A stretch of DNA of 51,603 nt. Origin: a virus. Its lineage: Duplodnaviria > Caudoviricetes. Position 1 is the first letter of the stretch. The number at the start of each line of letters is the position of its first letter. Shown here in pieces: positions 8,546 to 17,682 of this stretch. The notes under the pieces are model-generated. The model was not told the origin of the DNA. It ran no database searches and worked only from the letters and a program-made list of their open reading frames with translations. A program made the translations under genes and the position numbers. The stretch covers positions 1 through 51,603 of the IMG/VR virus record IMGVR_UViG_3300032024_000113; one strand, written 5' to 3'.

Positions 8546-8704
8546 CTAATCCTCCACGAGTTGGTTGGCGTACTCCACCAGGTCCGGCCACTGGTCGCAC
8601 CAGTCCTGCACCAGGAACCAACGCCAATACCAATCTGGAACTTCACCTAGCCGCTTGCCTTCGTGTGTTCCGAAGGGCATCTGGCTGTCATCGTGCAATT
8701 TCAT
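8546..8704 (-). CDS. DUF3820-like small protein (not in the ORF track)
   Basis: 52 aa beginning MKLHDDSQMPFGTHEGKRLGEVPDWYWRW; MPFGxHxG motif; ATGA coupling. Confidence 0.75.
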   Translation of the reverse strand: MKLHDDSQMPFGTHEGKRLGEVPDWYWRWFLVQDWCDQWPDLVEYANQLVED

Positions 8705-8895
8705 GGGGACAAATCCTCACTTCGCGGGACGCTGTCGGGTTTCTCGAATCGCTCTAGCCAGTCTTCTACCTCGGAAGGCTCCGTGCCTTTGATCATGCTA
8801 CAGATCTCCTTCACGGTGAAAGTAGCGTGAGTGTACTTGTCGACGAACACTGTTTCGAGTTTCTGGCACAGAATCCGGCTGATGTTACTTACCAT
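8701..8895 (-). CDS. Hypothetical protein
   Basis: 64 aa; SD GGAGGTG; tightly packed in the operon. Confidence 0.55.
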   Translation of the reverse strand: MVSNISRILCQKLETVFVDKYTHATFTVKEICSMIKGTEPSEVEDWLERFEKPDSVPRSEDLSP

Positions 8896-8910
8896 CCAAT
8901 CACCTCCGCC

Positions 8911-9243
8911 TTAAATGAATCCTCGGTTCTTTTCCACCAGCACCCACAGGTTGCGACCCTGCCGTTGATAGACGCGGCCACTCATTGGCGCATGCAACGT
9001 AACCCGCCAGTCGTGGTCAGGGTCTTTGCGGGCCAGGTTCTCGGCCTTCATGACGGTCCAGCAGTCCGTGAACTCAGTGTGGGGATCTTCCTCCCACACG
9101 AGTGTGCCATCCTTCCGCACGGAGGCCTCACCGAACCCCACGGCGATCCGCGTGTTCATGCTGAGCTGCTCGTGCTGGTAGCCGCAGTTCAGGCAGCCGC
9201 CGAAACCGCCTTCAATTGCGGGGAGCTTCTTCCACTTCGCCAT
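8911..9243 (-). CDS. Hypothetical protein
   Basis: 110-aa ORF with coding-like composition. Confidence 0.65.
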   Translation of the reverse strand: MAKWKKLPAIEGGFGGCLNCGYQHEQLSMNTRIAVGFGEASVRKDGTLVWEEDPHTEFTDCWTVMKAENLARKDPDHDWRVTLHAPMSGRVYQRQGRNLWVLVEKNRGFI

Positions 9244-9276
9244 CAGACATTCTCCGTAGCCTGAGCCGCTCGGGCA

Positions 9277-9528
9277 TCACTTCTTCTTGGCGGCTTTTCG
9301 TTTGGCTGCTGGTTTTTTGGCGAACGACTTGCCACAGAAGGGGCAACACGACGCCAGCATCGTACTAGCTGACTCTCTCTTCGATGAGTCAACTTTGTAC
9401 GTGGCAATGACAAGATGCGACTCACACTTCATCGTAGAGAAGTCCATTGTCAACTTCTCCATCAGTTGCGTATTCGTATCGTGAGCTTTCAGTTGCTCGT
9501 TGACTTGATCTACACATTTGCAGGACAT
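9277..9528 (-). CDS. Hypothetical zinc-ribbon protein
   Basis: MSCKC...CPFCGK with a Lys-rich tail; TGATG coupling. Confidence 0.65.
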   Translation of the reverse strand: MSCKCVDQVNEQLKAHDTNTQLMEKLTMDFSTMKCESHLVIATYKVDSSKRESASTMLASCCPFCGKSFAKKPAAKRKAAKKK

Positions 9529-9707
9529 CAGACATCCTCCGTCACTTCGCGCACTTCCCAGTCGACCTGCTCGATTTCCTGCTCGTCGACGGCATGCTCG
9601 AACGGATCGGTGCGGGCTTCTTCTTCGGTGCAATCTTCGCAATGCACGATCTTCGTGACGGTACAACGCATCCGCACGTCCCAGCTACTCTTTTTGGGCT
9701 TGGGCAT
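9528..9707 (-). CDS. Hypothetical acidic protein (59 aa, not in the ORF track)
   Basis: MPKPKKSSWDVRMRCTVTK...; SD GGAGG; its stop overlaps the next ATG. Confidence 0.55.
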   Translation of the reverse strand: MPKPKKSSWDVRMRCTVTKIVHCEDCTEEEARTDPFEHAVDEQEIEQVDWEVREVTEDV

Positions 9708-9999
9708 GACCTTCCTCCTTCTCTTCGAACTCCGCGAGGTACTCGTCGCACGCGACCATCAGATCGAGATCGACACCATCTAGGGCTCCCGCGTCCGCGT
9801 CCTGCCACCACCGCTTCAGTAACGCGCGGACCTTAATCAGTTCTTCATTCTGCTTGTCGATCGCGAGGATGGCCCGCCCGAGGCCGAAGAGGGCGCGCTC
9901 TTGGCTGGAGTAACGGCCCCGCACCACGCCGTCAATCAAGACCTCGACACGACCGTTGAGGTCCCGTTGCACTTCGATCAGTTTGCCGTCTGCGGACAT
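9685..9999 (-). CDS. Hypothetical protein
   Basis: SD AAGGAG before ATG 9999. Confidence 0.6.
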   Translation of the reverse strand: MSADGKLIEVQRDLNGRVEVLIDGVVRGRYSSQERALFGLGRAILAIDKQNEELIKVRALLKRWWQDADAGALDGVDLDLMVACDEYLAEFEEKEEGHAQAQKE

Positions 10000-10033
10000 C
10001 GCTTCACTCCTTACGCCGTGCGGGCTTGCTCGA

Positions 10034-10225
10034 TTAATCGTACTGGCATTCGTCATGGACCTTAGCTACCGCTCTTTCCACTACGGCTTCGACGAATACT
10101 TCCAGTGATTTGTACATCCTCAGTTGGTACTCTTGGTCGAGAGTAACCCGAGTCAAGTGATCCACCGTCACCCGTAGCTCGTTGACTTTAATGCGCAGCT
10201 TGCGGCAATTGCTACAACTACTCAC
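10034..10225 (-). CDS. Hypothetical coiled-coil protein
   Basis: GTG start, CxxC followed by a heptad pattern. Confidence 0.45.
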   Translation of the reverse strand: MSSCSNCRKLRIKVNELRVTVDHLTRVTLDQEYQLRMYKSLEVFVEAVVERAVAKVHDECQYD

Positions 10226-10448
10226 GCTTTTCCTCCCTTCCCGCCGTGCGGGATTGCTCAAATGCTTTCTGGATCTTTGTGTTACTGCATCGTGCCGCAC
10301 ACTCGACGTGTTCCCACACAACATACGGAGGGTCGCCGTATTCAGCCGCTCCGTACAGCCGCATAGCTTCTGTGACGATCATTCCACCGCAGTTTTCGCA
10401 CCGGCGAATCTTTCTAGGCTTCACGATCCGGGCTGAAATGATCATCAC
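10218..10448 (-). CDS. Hypothetical zinc-binding protein
   Basis: CENC...HVEC; coupled to the upstream gene. Confidence 0.55.
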   Translation of the reverse strand: MMIISARIVKPRKIRRCENCGGMIVTEAMRLYGAAEYGDPPYVVWEHVECAARCSNTKIQKAFEQSRTAGREEKRE

Positions 10449-11086
10449 ACCTCCCCCTTCGCCGCTCGCTTAAACTCCACTACGAACACCCACGGATTTG
10501 AATCCCAACTGAAGCCCCGCTTGGCGTTCAGTGCGTCCCACGTATCCATGAAAGCGACTCTAGCGCAAGTCCTGCATTCGTTCGGACGATACGTGCCAAA
10601 CTTCACACCCTCGGCGATTGCATCCTCCTCAGTGATCTCGCACACCCGCTCAACTCGCACCGACACGATCTCCAGTGTGATGCGTGAGGCCCAACGGGGC
10701 ATGAAGATCGAGGGACGCCATCTCGGTAGTACCGACGTGCAGCGGTGGGCGCCATGTCGTACCGATTGGCCCGCGATAATGCGTGTGCCACCCGCCTGAT
10801 ATTCCATGACAGGCGTCTGGTCGATGTCCCATGTTTCGCGGAACGTCTCACGGACCCACAACCGATCGCCCGGCTTGCCGTATGGACACCATCGCACATC
10901 AACCGCCGCGCCACCTACGATCCCCCGTCCAGAAAACGCGGCACCAACAGAGCCGTCCGCGTGCAGCCACTCGTCGTAATGTGGCAATGTTGGCTGCGGT
11001 TTGATCACGCGGCGAGTTACCGTCTTCTGCCCGGCGAGTATCGCCCGCACGCTCTCGCCGCTGAAGATAATCGGGCGGTCAGACAT
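10445..11086 (-). CDS. ASCH/PUA-fold phage protein
   Basis: RPIIFSGESVRAILAGQKTVTRR, CPYGKPGDRLWVRET, WRPSIFMPRWASRITLEI, NPWVFVVEF. Confidence 0.85.
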   Translation of the reverse strand: MSDRPIIFSGESVRAILAGQKTVTRRVIKPQPTLPHYDEWLHADGSVGAAFSGRGIVGGAAVDVRWCPYGKPGDRLWVRETFRETWDIDQTPVMEYQAGGTRIIAGQSVRHGAHRCTSVLPRWRPSIFMPRWASRITLEIVSVRVERVCEITEEDAIAEGVKFGTYRPNECRTCARVAFMDTWDALNAKRGFSWDSNPWVFVVEFKRAAKGEV

Positions 11087-11294
11087 TCTCAGAACCTCCA
11101 GCCCTGGCTCGCCGCTTATACCGCTCGTTCATTTTTTCCTCGCATTGTTTGCACCGTCGCGAACCACGCGGGGACGACTCGCCAATAATCGAGAAATACT
11201 TACTCATGAATGGCAACAGGCGGCCACACCATGTCTTTGCTGGCCCGGACGATGGCGGCATTAAACCGCAGCAATGGATAACGTTATGGTTCAT
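11079..11294 (-). CDS. Hypothetical zinc-binding protein
   Basis: H...TWCG...CKQC pattern. Confidence 0.5.
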   Translation of the reverse strand: MNHNVIHCCGLMPPSSGPAKTWCGRLLPFMSKYFSIIGESSPRGSRRCKQCEEKMNERYKRRARAGGSENV

Positions 11295-11559
11295 CGCTCA
11301 CCTCGTCCTCCGTCTCGACCAGATGCCCCGGACAACCGTCTTCGTAACTGAACCCTTCACAGGCAGGACCAATCGGGATCACGCGGTGCCCGGCCGCTAC
11401 ATGGTCGAGCAGCTCGTTCAGGATCTCGTCCGAATCCATCAGGCTCCCGTCCTCCTTGACGGCGTGTCCGACCAGCGACCAGTCCGCGTACTTTCGCCAG
11501 TAACCGTTGCGGATCGCCCCGCGCACGTCCAGGTTCACATGAAACGTCTTGCTACTCAT
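11284..11559 (-). CDS. Hypothetical protein
   Basis: 91 aa ending in CEGFSYEDGCPGH. Confidence 0.65.
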   Translation of the reverse strand: MSSKTFHVNLDVRGAIRNGYWRKYADWSLVGHAVKEDGSLMDSDEILNELLDHVAAGHRVIPIGPACEGFSYEDGCPGHLVETEDEVSDEP

Positions 11560-11593
11560 CCGCTGCCTCGCTTTCTGCGGAACCTTCTACGCT

Positions 11594-11821
11594 TTAATAA
11601 CTGAACGAGCCCGTCACTTTCCCCACGCCCAATGGCCCGCGCAGAAACGTGGGGCAAAGGATCTTCACGTCACAGACGCCTGCATTCCGCTTGACCATTA
11701 CGAGGAGGTAGTCGCTGTTCGCTTTTGCGGCATCACAGTTCTCCAACGGAATGTATCCGGCTTTCCGTAATCGCTCAACTTCACTCAGCTTGATCGGAAT
11801 CGGGAGAATGTCATTCGCCAT
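11594..11821 (-). CDS. Hypothetical protein
   Basis: 75-aa ORF within the operon. Confidence 0.45.
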   Translation of the reverse strand: MANDILPIPIKLSEVERLRKAGYIPLENCDAAKANSDYLLVMVKRNAGVCDVKILCPTFLRGPLGVGKVTGSFSY

Positions 11822-12149
11822 TCGCCACCTTCTTCGCTCGCAACGGGTTGCTCATCGCATACAGAACCTGCTTCGTCTGTTCGCTGAACCGCGATATTCC
11901 GAGCGCGAACAGCAGTCGCATGACGCCGTGTTCTTTCGCGTTCGCGATAATCCGACACGGCTTATCACTGTGAAGTTGGCACACGAGCACGTCGACGGAC
12001 CCGTGCGAGGCAGGCGTCTCGGGGTCCACGCTCGTATCGAAGATTAGATAAAACTCTGGATCACAACCGTCCAGGACATACCTGTCGCGGCTGATTCTTT
12101 GCTGTCTGGCGCCGAGCAAGATTAGCCACTCGTGCATTCGGTGCATCAT
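11811..12149 (-). CDS. Hypothetical protein
   Basis: 112 aa; SD GGAGGTG; ATGA coupling. Confidence 0.55.
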   Translation of the reverse strand: MMHRMHEWLILLGARQQRISRDRYVLDGCDPEFYLIFDTSVDPETPASHGSVDVLVCQLHSDKPCRIIANAKEHGVMRLLFALGISRFSEQTKQVLYAMSNPLRAKKVANGE

Positions 12150-12514
12150 TCACCTCCCTGGAGCTTTATGACTTGTGGCGCATAGCCACACTTTAGGCAT
12201 GGACGTTGCAATACCTTTCCTCTCAGGTCGTAGAGCCTCTTGTACTCGTCGCGTTCCTGTTCAGATGCAGCGAGCTGCTGCTCAATTTCGCGATGAACAC
12301 CGAATGTCTTTTCTGCTTTGGGACTATCGTCATCTCTCCAGTTGGCACATTCGCGTTCTTTCTGCTTCAGTTCGAGGTCTGCCAACTGCTTCGTCAGCGC
12401 CTCGATCTCCGCAATGGCGCGGCTGTAGATCGTCACCTGATTGCCCGCCGAACGTCCAGCAGCCAACGCGACGTGGTTGCACCGCAAGTCATGGATCAAC
12501 GTCAAGTCCTGCAT
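12146..12514 (-). CDS. Hypothetical coiled-coil protein
   Basis: 122 aa; SD GAGGTG. Confidence 0.6.
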   Translation of the reverse strand: MQDLTLIHDLRCNHVALAAGRSAGNQVTIYSRAIAEIEALTKQLADLELKQKERECANWRDDDSPKAEKTFGVHREIEQQLAASEQERDEYKRLYDLRGKVLQRPCLKCGYAPQVIKLQGGE

Positions 12515-12746
12515 GGATCACCTCACCATTGTTGTCCAACCACTCGAACCACCGATCTGTTTCCCAACCCAGCCGCGGGTCGTATTGAAAGGCTGCCCGA
12601 TCCACCAGCCGCTTGCGACTATGCAGATAGCCCCGCTCGCTGCCGCGCTGGCAGTGCCGTACCACTTCCAAATCGGCTTGTCCGTGGAAGTGGTGACCTG
12701 CCATGTTACCGATCTCGATGCGTTGCGGATCAGTTCTGAATGTCAC
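12489..12746 (-). CDS. Hypothetical protein
   Basis: GTG start; fills the gap between neighbouring genes. Confidence 0.4.
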   Translation of the reverse strand: MTFRTDPQRIEIGNMAGHHFHGQADLEVVRHCQRGSERGYLHSRKRLVDRAAFQYDPRLGWETDRWFEWLDNNGEVIHAGLDVDP

Positions 12747-12753
12747 GCCCCAC

Positions 12754-12968
12754 CTACTGCCTGTCTGGATTTTGCGATTCGTTCCATGGATTAACGGTTG
12801 GGTTTCTGATCGCACCATTGTTCACAATGTCAGCCCAAGACCAAGACTCGGCACCGTCCACGTGCAGCTGAAACTGAATCTCACCCACGGGCAACTCAGG
12901 GTGGTTGGTCTCCCGTAGGATCTTCTGCACTGCGTCCGCAATCATCCGCTTCTGTACTAGCTAAACAT
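12754..12968 (-). CDS. Hypothetical protein with a probable 1-nt deletion near the start
   Basis: The coupled start TAATG at 12968 (SD GGAG) reads ATG TTT AGC TAG; the body VQKRMIADAVQKILRETNHPELP lies in another frame. Confidence 0.55.
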
Positions 12969-13372
12969 TATTCATCTCCCGCCTGCTCGGCTTGTTCGTG
13001 AGAATCCTTTAGCACTCTGCGCATAGCCGTAATAGCCACGTAAGTTCGGCTCGCGAGATCGCCTGAATGGACCTTGCGACATCCACGCAGCCTGTATTTG
13101 TAGTCGTCGACAATCGTGGCGATCAAATGGCCATTGAACCGGAAGCGATCGCCATCAAAGGAAAACCCAAGCCGTTTCGCATGTCTCCCGAACCATTCAT
13201 CAGCAATCGCGCAATGAGCGTAGGCCCAGCCAGCACGATTTCCGCAGGTCGCTCGCGGGGACGTCCATCCGCACGAACAGACACATTTCACCGTCGCTGG
13301 CGTCTCGATAAACACGGGCACGTGTTCTTGCCAAGACGCCGCGATATGATTGTCACTAGTTGCCATCCCCAC
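12968..13372 (-). CDS. Hypothetical protein
   Basis: 134 aa with a CVCSCGW motif. Confidence 0.55.
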   Translation of the reverse strand: MGMATSDNHIAASWQEHVPVFIETPATVKCVCSCGWTSPRATCGNRAGWAYAHCAIADEWFGRHAKRLGFSFDGDRFRFNGHLIATIVDDYKYRLRGCRKVHSGDLASRTYVAITAMRRVLKDSHEQAEQAGDE

Positions 13373-13387
13373 CTCCCGCCTTACTGG

Positions 13388-13633
13388 CTAGTGATTTTCG
13401 ATGCTCAGCGTAATTCGCACTCGCTTGCCGCGCAGTGGCTTGGTGACTGGATCATCTGGCCCTGCCGCGTTCCCCCAATCGAAACCGCCTGGTCCGTTCG
13501 GGTACGCAAAGTACGTCACGGACTCCGTTGGAATTTTACCTGTCCGTTGATGGTGTTCGATCACCCAGAATCGTGCAGCTCCAGCGCACATCCGATGCAA
13601 CGTGTCACGCAGGAATGCACTCATGTCAGTCAC
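13388..13633 (-). CDS. Hypothetical protein
   Basis: 81-aa ORF; SD GAGGTG. Confidence 0.5.
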   Translation of the reverse strand: MTDMSAFLRDTLHRMCAGAARFWVIEHHQRTGKIPTESVTYFAYPNGPGGFDWGNAAGPDDPVTKPLRGKRVRITLSIENH

Positions 13634-13636
13634 GAA

Positions 13637-13831
13637 TCACCTCACTTTCCAGCTCTCCGGAAATTCCGGTAGCTCACGTTTCACCCGCCGCCGGGCTCGC
13701 TTGTTCATCTTGCGTTTCACCGCCTTGCCGAGTCCCGTCCAATTGTTGAAGACTTTCAGGACAGTTCGCCAACCGGAGCACCAGTCTTGTTCGTCGCCGC
13801 TGATGCACGGCTCGCGTTCCTTCTTGCTCAT
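13637..13831 (-). CDS. Small basic hypothetical protein
   Basis: GDEQD...KRKMNKRARRR; ATGA coupling. Confidence 0.6.
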   Translation of the reverse strand: MSKKEREPCISGDEQDWCSGWRTVLKVFNNWTGLGKAVKRKMNKRARRRVKRELPEFPESWKVR

Positions 13832-14088
13832 GGCTGTGGTTCCCGCACCACGAACCGATTCAACAACTGCATGTACTCAGACGCCTGCGATTGATACCGA
13901 ATCGCACATCTGATGGCTTCCTCGCGTTGGGCCAACGTGGCCGGCGTGGGCTCGTTGTTAATGCCCCATTTGACTGTGCCGGTCAGGACCACCTGCATGT
14001 GCAGGGATTGCCGGCGCTGGGCCATGGTGTACTGCTGCTTCCAGTGCCGCCGGATCGTTTGGTATTGAGATGCTTCGGACATGTTCAC
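13828..14088 (-). CDS. Hypothetical protein
   Basis: 86-aa ORF. Confidence 0.5.
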   Translation of the reverse strand: MNMSEASQYQTIRRHWKQQYTMAQRRQSLHMQVVLTGTVKWGINNEPTPATLAQREEAIRCAIRYQSQASEYMQLLNRFVVREPQP

Positions 14089-14121
14089 CCTTTCTCTGGC
14101 GTTGCTAGGGCAATGGCGCGC

Positions 14122-14391
14122 TCATGGCTGACAGTCGACGTAGCCCAGGGTCCGCATCATTTCGGTGACACCACCGGTATGTTCCAGCGCCTGCTTTGCG
14201 ATGAGCAGCGACTGGCTCATGTTCGACAGCGTTCCGACCATCACCGTCTGGTGTGTGACGATGGCTGCGAGGGCCGTCCGCAGTCGCTCGTTCTCGGCCT
14301 TGAACTCAGCGAGTTCGTCGTCCTGCTCCTTTCGCAACTCGGCGAGCGTGGCCCACAGTGGCTTGACCGCCATGTCGTTCTGCATGTTCAT
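14122..14391 (-). CDS. Hypothetical coiled-coil protein
   Basis: 89 aa; ATGA coupling. Confidence 0.55.
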   Translation of the reverse strand: MNMQNDMAVKPLWATLAELRKEQDDELAEFKAENERLRTALAAIVTHQTVMVGTLSNMSQSLLIAKQALEHTGGVTEMMRTLGYVDCQP

Positions 14392-14936
14392 GCGGATACT
14401 CCTGGAGCTTGAAGGATAGCCAACTCCTCGTTGAGTATCGCCTGCTCATCAGGAGGCAACTCACGCGAGTATGCCACGAACGAACCACGTATCGACAGGG
14501 GTGTGAACCTCGCCACGGCCAGGCGGGTTCTCGGACGCCCACGCCCCTGCTTTACCATCAGTAGCGTGCCCCACGGGACCTTGAACAACAGCGAGTCATG
14601 GGCACACTCTTGCATGTAGTGATAGGCCCAGTAGTAGGCATAAGACGTGAACTTCCCGGTCGTCTTCTTCGCGGAATAGGTACGCACGGCATGCATGAAC
14701 CCAAGTGCTCCGGCATGCGCGAGATCGTCGATCCCCACATGGCATGAGTACCGGTGGGACTTCAAGAAGCGACTAGCGATCTTCAGCAGAAAGGGCATAT
14801 TGCGTTCGATCAACGCATTACGGGACTTCACGTCGCCATCCTTGGCGCATGCCAAGAGCGCCGCCTGCTCCTCACGCCCCGGAATCACCACAGGGCGATG
14901 CAGTAGGGACCGTCCATGTCCGCGCTTCTTGACCAT
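14388..14936 (-). CDS. Sigma-70-like protein (regions 1.2 and 2 only)
   Basis: REEQAALLACAKDGDVKSRNALIERNMPF...DDLAHAGALGFMHAVRTY...KFTSYAYYW; no region-4 HTH is visible. Confidence 0.75.
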   Translation of the reverse strand: MVKKRGHGRSLLHRPVVIPGREEQAALLACAKDGDVKSRNALIERNMPFLLKIASRFLKSHRYSCHVGIDDLAHAGALGFMHAVRTYSAKKTTGKFTSYAYYWAYHYMQECAHDSLLFKVPWGTLLMVKQGRGRPRTRLAVARFTPLSIRGSFVAYSRELPPDEQAILNEELAILQAPGVSA

Positions 14937-14942
14937 CTCGTC

Positions 14943-15287
14943 CTAGTCCGTATTCAGTGTGTAGACGTGAATCCCACCCGGCAACCGCTCGCCAGTGATG
15001 TCATACCCTGCCGCCCGCAGGTCGAACATCCGGGCCGAGTACCGCAATGAAATTGCCGACAACTCCACGTTCGTGGCGGGTCCCTCGCGCAGTCTTGCCA
15101 AGATCGCGGCGTTCTGACCAGTGACGCGCCGGACATCGCCCGCGTGAATATGTGGGTCGACTGGAGCGTAGTCCGGTTCTGCGGCGGCTTGTGGCGCCCG
15201 CGCGACTGGGGACATATCACGCTCCGCCCAGTCGTCGAACATCGTGTGCTGTGGGGACCTAGACGGTCGTTGGTCCAGCTTCATCAC
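14943..15287 (-). CDS. Winged-HTH domain protein
   Basis: QNAAILARLREGPATNVELSAISLRYSARMFDLRAAGYDI. Confidence 0.7.
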   Translation of the reverse strand: MMKLDQRPSRSPQHTMFDDWAERDMSPVARAPQAAAEPDYAPVDPHIHAGDVRRVTGQNAAILARLREGPATNVELSAISLRYSARMFDLRAAGYDITGERLPGGIHVYTLNTD

Positions 15288-16795
15288 TCACCTTCGTACA
15301 CTGTGGCACGCACATTCCCGCCCGCGCCGTCATCCACCTGATCTGCTTCGGCGGTGACCATGTTCACCTGCCGCGAAATGAGATGGGCCTTGATCTCACG
15401 CCGCGCCGCGAAATCCAAACCTTCCCAACTTTCTTGGGAAAGTGGAATCAGTCCAGTGGGACCAATCGCATCGATGGCGATGTCCAAGGCGATCTTGCGG
15501 CGGGCGCCCATGCTCAGCTCGTCGAAGAACTTGAAGCTGCCGCCCCCTTGCGGCACCGTGAGCCGGTCCTCATGCACCACCAGTTTCACGCCCAGACTGG
15601 CCACGGCCGTATTGAGAACGGTCGACACCTGATCGGCTCGCACGCGGTTCAGGTCCGCGTCATTCGTCAGTTCGCGGGCTTCCGTCGTCAGCTTGGCTGC
15701 CTCCTCCAGGTGCTTGTGGGCATCGCGGATCTTGGCCCCGTGCTCCAGTGCCTGGCGGGCCGTCGCCAGTTCCTCGCTGGCCGTGGCGATCTCTTCGCCG
15801 CTGGGGACCACCGGGGTGCCGCGTTCCACCACCGTCTCCAGACGCTGCATGGTCCGCTGATGATTGGCCGCTGCGCTGTTGGCTAAGGATGCTCGCTCGT
15901 GCAGCTGCTTTACGCGTTCCAACTCGTCGAGGGCCTGGTCGAGTTCCTCCCGCAGTTCGCCGGCGCGGGCCTGTTGATCCAACACGGTTTGGAGGGCTTG
16001 CTCCTCCAGCTGCTTGGCTTCTTCTCTGGGCAGTCCGTCGTATTCGTCGCGGGCCAGTTGCAGTTGTTGCTGGGCCTCTTCGTACCGCTGCCGCTCGCCA
16101 GCCGCCGCCTTGTCGCGTTCCAGCAACTGCGTGTGCGTGGCCAAGGCCGCTTCCAACCGCGACTGCAACAGTACGGGGTCCGACGAGGCGCTCAGGTCCA
16201 GACCCTGACAGGCTTGCCGCAGACCCGCTGCGCGGTTGGCCATGGCCTGGGAGTCTGTCTCGGCATCGCGGGCTTCTTTGTGCAGGTAGGCCCGCACCTT
16301 GGACGCAACCAGCAACGGATCAAAGGCCGCATCGGGACCGACCGCCTCCGCGAATGCCTCCTTGCCGCCACATAGGTCGTAGAACTCCTTGGGGCTGATG
16401 GTGGCGTTGGAGACCCGCAGCAAGGCCTTGATGCGCTTGGCGTCGGCAGCCAGCGGATCTTTGATGCCGGGGTCCACGATGTCTTCGATGCTCAGGTCAC
16501 CATCCAAGACTTCGAACTCGGCCGTGCCAGTGCGCCGCACATTCTTGTGGATCACCACAGTCACACCACGGCCCGTGATCTTGCCCTTGGTGCCCGGCGG
16601 CGCGTCGCGGCGCACCGAGATGCGATCCTTGCCGCCCGCCAGTACACTGACTGCCTTGAGCGCCTCACTTTTGCCACGGTCATTGCGGCCACGCAACACC
16701 GTGATGCCGCCCTCGGCCGGAAGGGGAATCTCGACCAACTCGTTGGGACCAACGTCCTTAATGGTGATGCCGTTGCTGCCACTCTCCTGAATCAT
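15284..16795 (-). CDS. SMC/Rad50-like coiled-coil ABC-type ATPase
   Basis: Walker A LRGRNDRGKS, long coiled coil, signature ELSMG, degenerate Walker B/D-loop SQESWEGLD. Confidence 0.75.
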   Translation of the reverse strand: MIQESGSNGITIKDVGPNELVEIPLPAEGGITVLRGRNDRGKSEALKAVSVLAGGKDRISVRRDAPPGTKGKITGRGVTVVIHKNVRRTGTAEFEVLDGDLSIEDIVDPGIKDPLAADAKRIKALLRVSNATISPKEFYDLCGGKEAFAEAVGPDAAFDPLLVASKVRAYLHKEARDAETDSQAMANRAAGLRQACQGLDLSASSDPVLLQSRLEAALATHTQLLERDKAAAGERQRYEEAQQQLQLARDEYDGLPREEAKQLEEQALQTVLDQQARAGELREELDQALDELERVKQLHERASLANSAAANHQRTMQRLETVVERGTPVVPSGEEIATASEELATARQALEHGAKIRDAHKHLEEAAKLTTEARELTNDADLNRVRADQVSTVLNTAVASLGVKLVVHEDRLTVPQGGGSFKFFDELSMGARRKIALDIAIDAIGPTGLIPLSQESWEGLDFAARREIKAHLISRQVNMVTAEADQVDDGAGGNVRATVYEGE

Positions 16796-16850
16796 CGTGC
16801 GATCCTCCTGCGATTTCGTTGTGCTAACTGCTTGTCGTACCGACTGGTGT

Positions 16851-16880
16851 ATATTAGCCCTTCGGCTAACCATTTGTCAA
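16851..16880 (-). promoter_or_regulatory. Sigma70-type promoter overlapped by a 16-bp palindromic operator
   Basis: TTGACA-18 nt-TAATAT; operator TTAGCCCTTCGGCTAA at 16854-16869. Confidence 0.7.
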
Positions 16881-17084
16881 CGGCACGTCAAACGGATTCG
16901 CGGGGACTTGCTCCAGGTGCATCTCCAGCGTCACTGCCTCACCACGACCCAGCTGCACCTCGGGACAGAGAGTTTTCCAGTCGGCAGGCTTGAACGAGAT
17001 GAATCGTGCCCCGTGACCGGGAAACCGCAACACCACCAGGTCGGTCATGCGTTCACTGCGCGTGCGTTCGATCCTAAGTTGCAT
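16866..17084 (-). CDS. Hypothetical protein
   Basis: MQLRIERTRSERMTDLVV...; SD AAGGA. Confidence 0.5.
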   Translation of the reverse strand: MQLRIERTRSERMTDLVVLRFPGHGARFISFKPADWKTLCPEVQLGRGEAVTLEMHLEQVPANPFDVPLTNG

Positions 17085-17682
17085 TGCAGATTCCTTCGAA
17101 CATCCGCATCCGTTTGACCACGCCGATCTGCGCGTAGTTGTCGCCGCACGCATCATGCGCATTGAGGTGCTCCACGCCCAGAGCCGCACACACGTCAGTC
17201 AGCTTGAACGAGGCGGGTTTAAGGAGATGACCGTTCTCCGCGAAGAACCACTTGGCGCGTTGCAGCACGCACCAGCCCTGCATCTCGGCGGGCAGGAAGA
17301 TCTTGTGCTCGCGGCAGGCGTGCTGGAGGAAGTCCATGTCGAACGCCGCGTTGTAAGCCGCCAACTGTGCCACGCGATAGGTCTTGCCCGCCTTGGACAC
17401 TTTCTCGATGCAGGCGTACTTGCGGCACAGGTCCGCAAACTCCCAGATCACCTCCGACTGCGGTCGGGCATCCGCCCACAGCATGGCCGAGTAGCTGTTG
17501 AGGCTCAGAGCCTGGGCCTCGCAGCGTGACTCGTCGAAGCGGATCTTGCGTTCGTACTCCTCCAGCACGTCCAGCGTGTCCCAGCGAACTACGGCGGCAC
17601 TCAGTTGGATGAGAGGGTGGCGATCGGCGGACAGGCCGCCGGTTTCCGTGTCGAAGAAAATGACCTTGTCTGTGGCGTTCAT
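17074..17682 (-). CDS. DEDDh 3'-5' exonuclease (DnaQ-like)
   Basis: FFDTETGG, AYNAAFD, AHDACGD. Confidence 0.9.
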   Translation of the reverse strand: MNATDKVIFFDTETGGLSADRHPLIQLSAAVVRWDTLDVLEEYERKIRFDESRCEAQALSLNSYSAMLWADARPQSEVIWEFADLCRKYACIEKVSKAGKTYRVAQLAAYNAAFDMDFLQHACREHKIFLPAEMQGWCVLQRAKWFFAENGHLLKPASFKLTDVCAALGVEHLNAHDACGDNYAQIGVVKRMRMFEGICNAT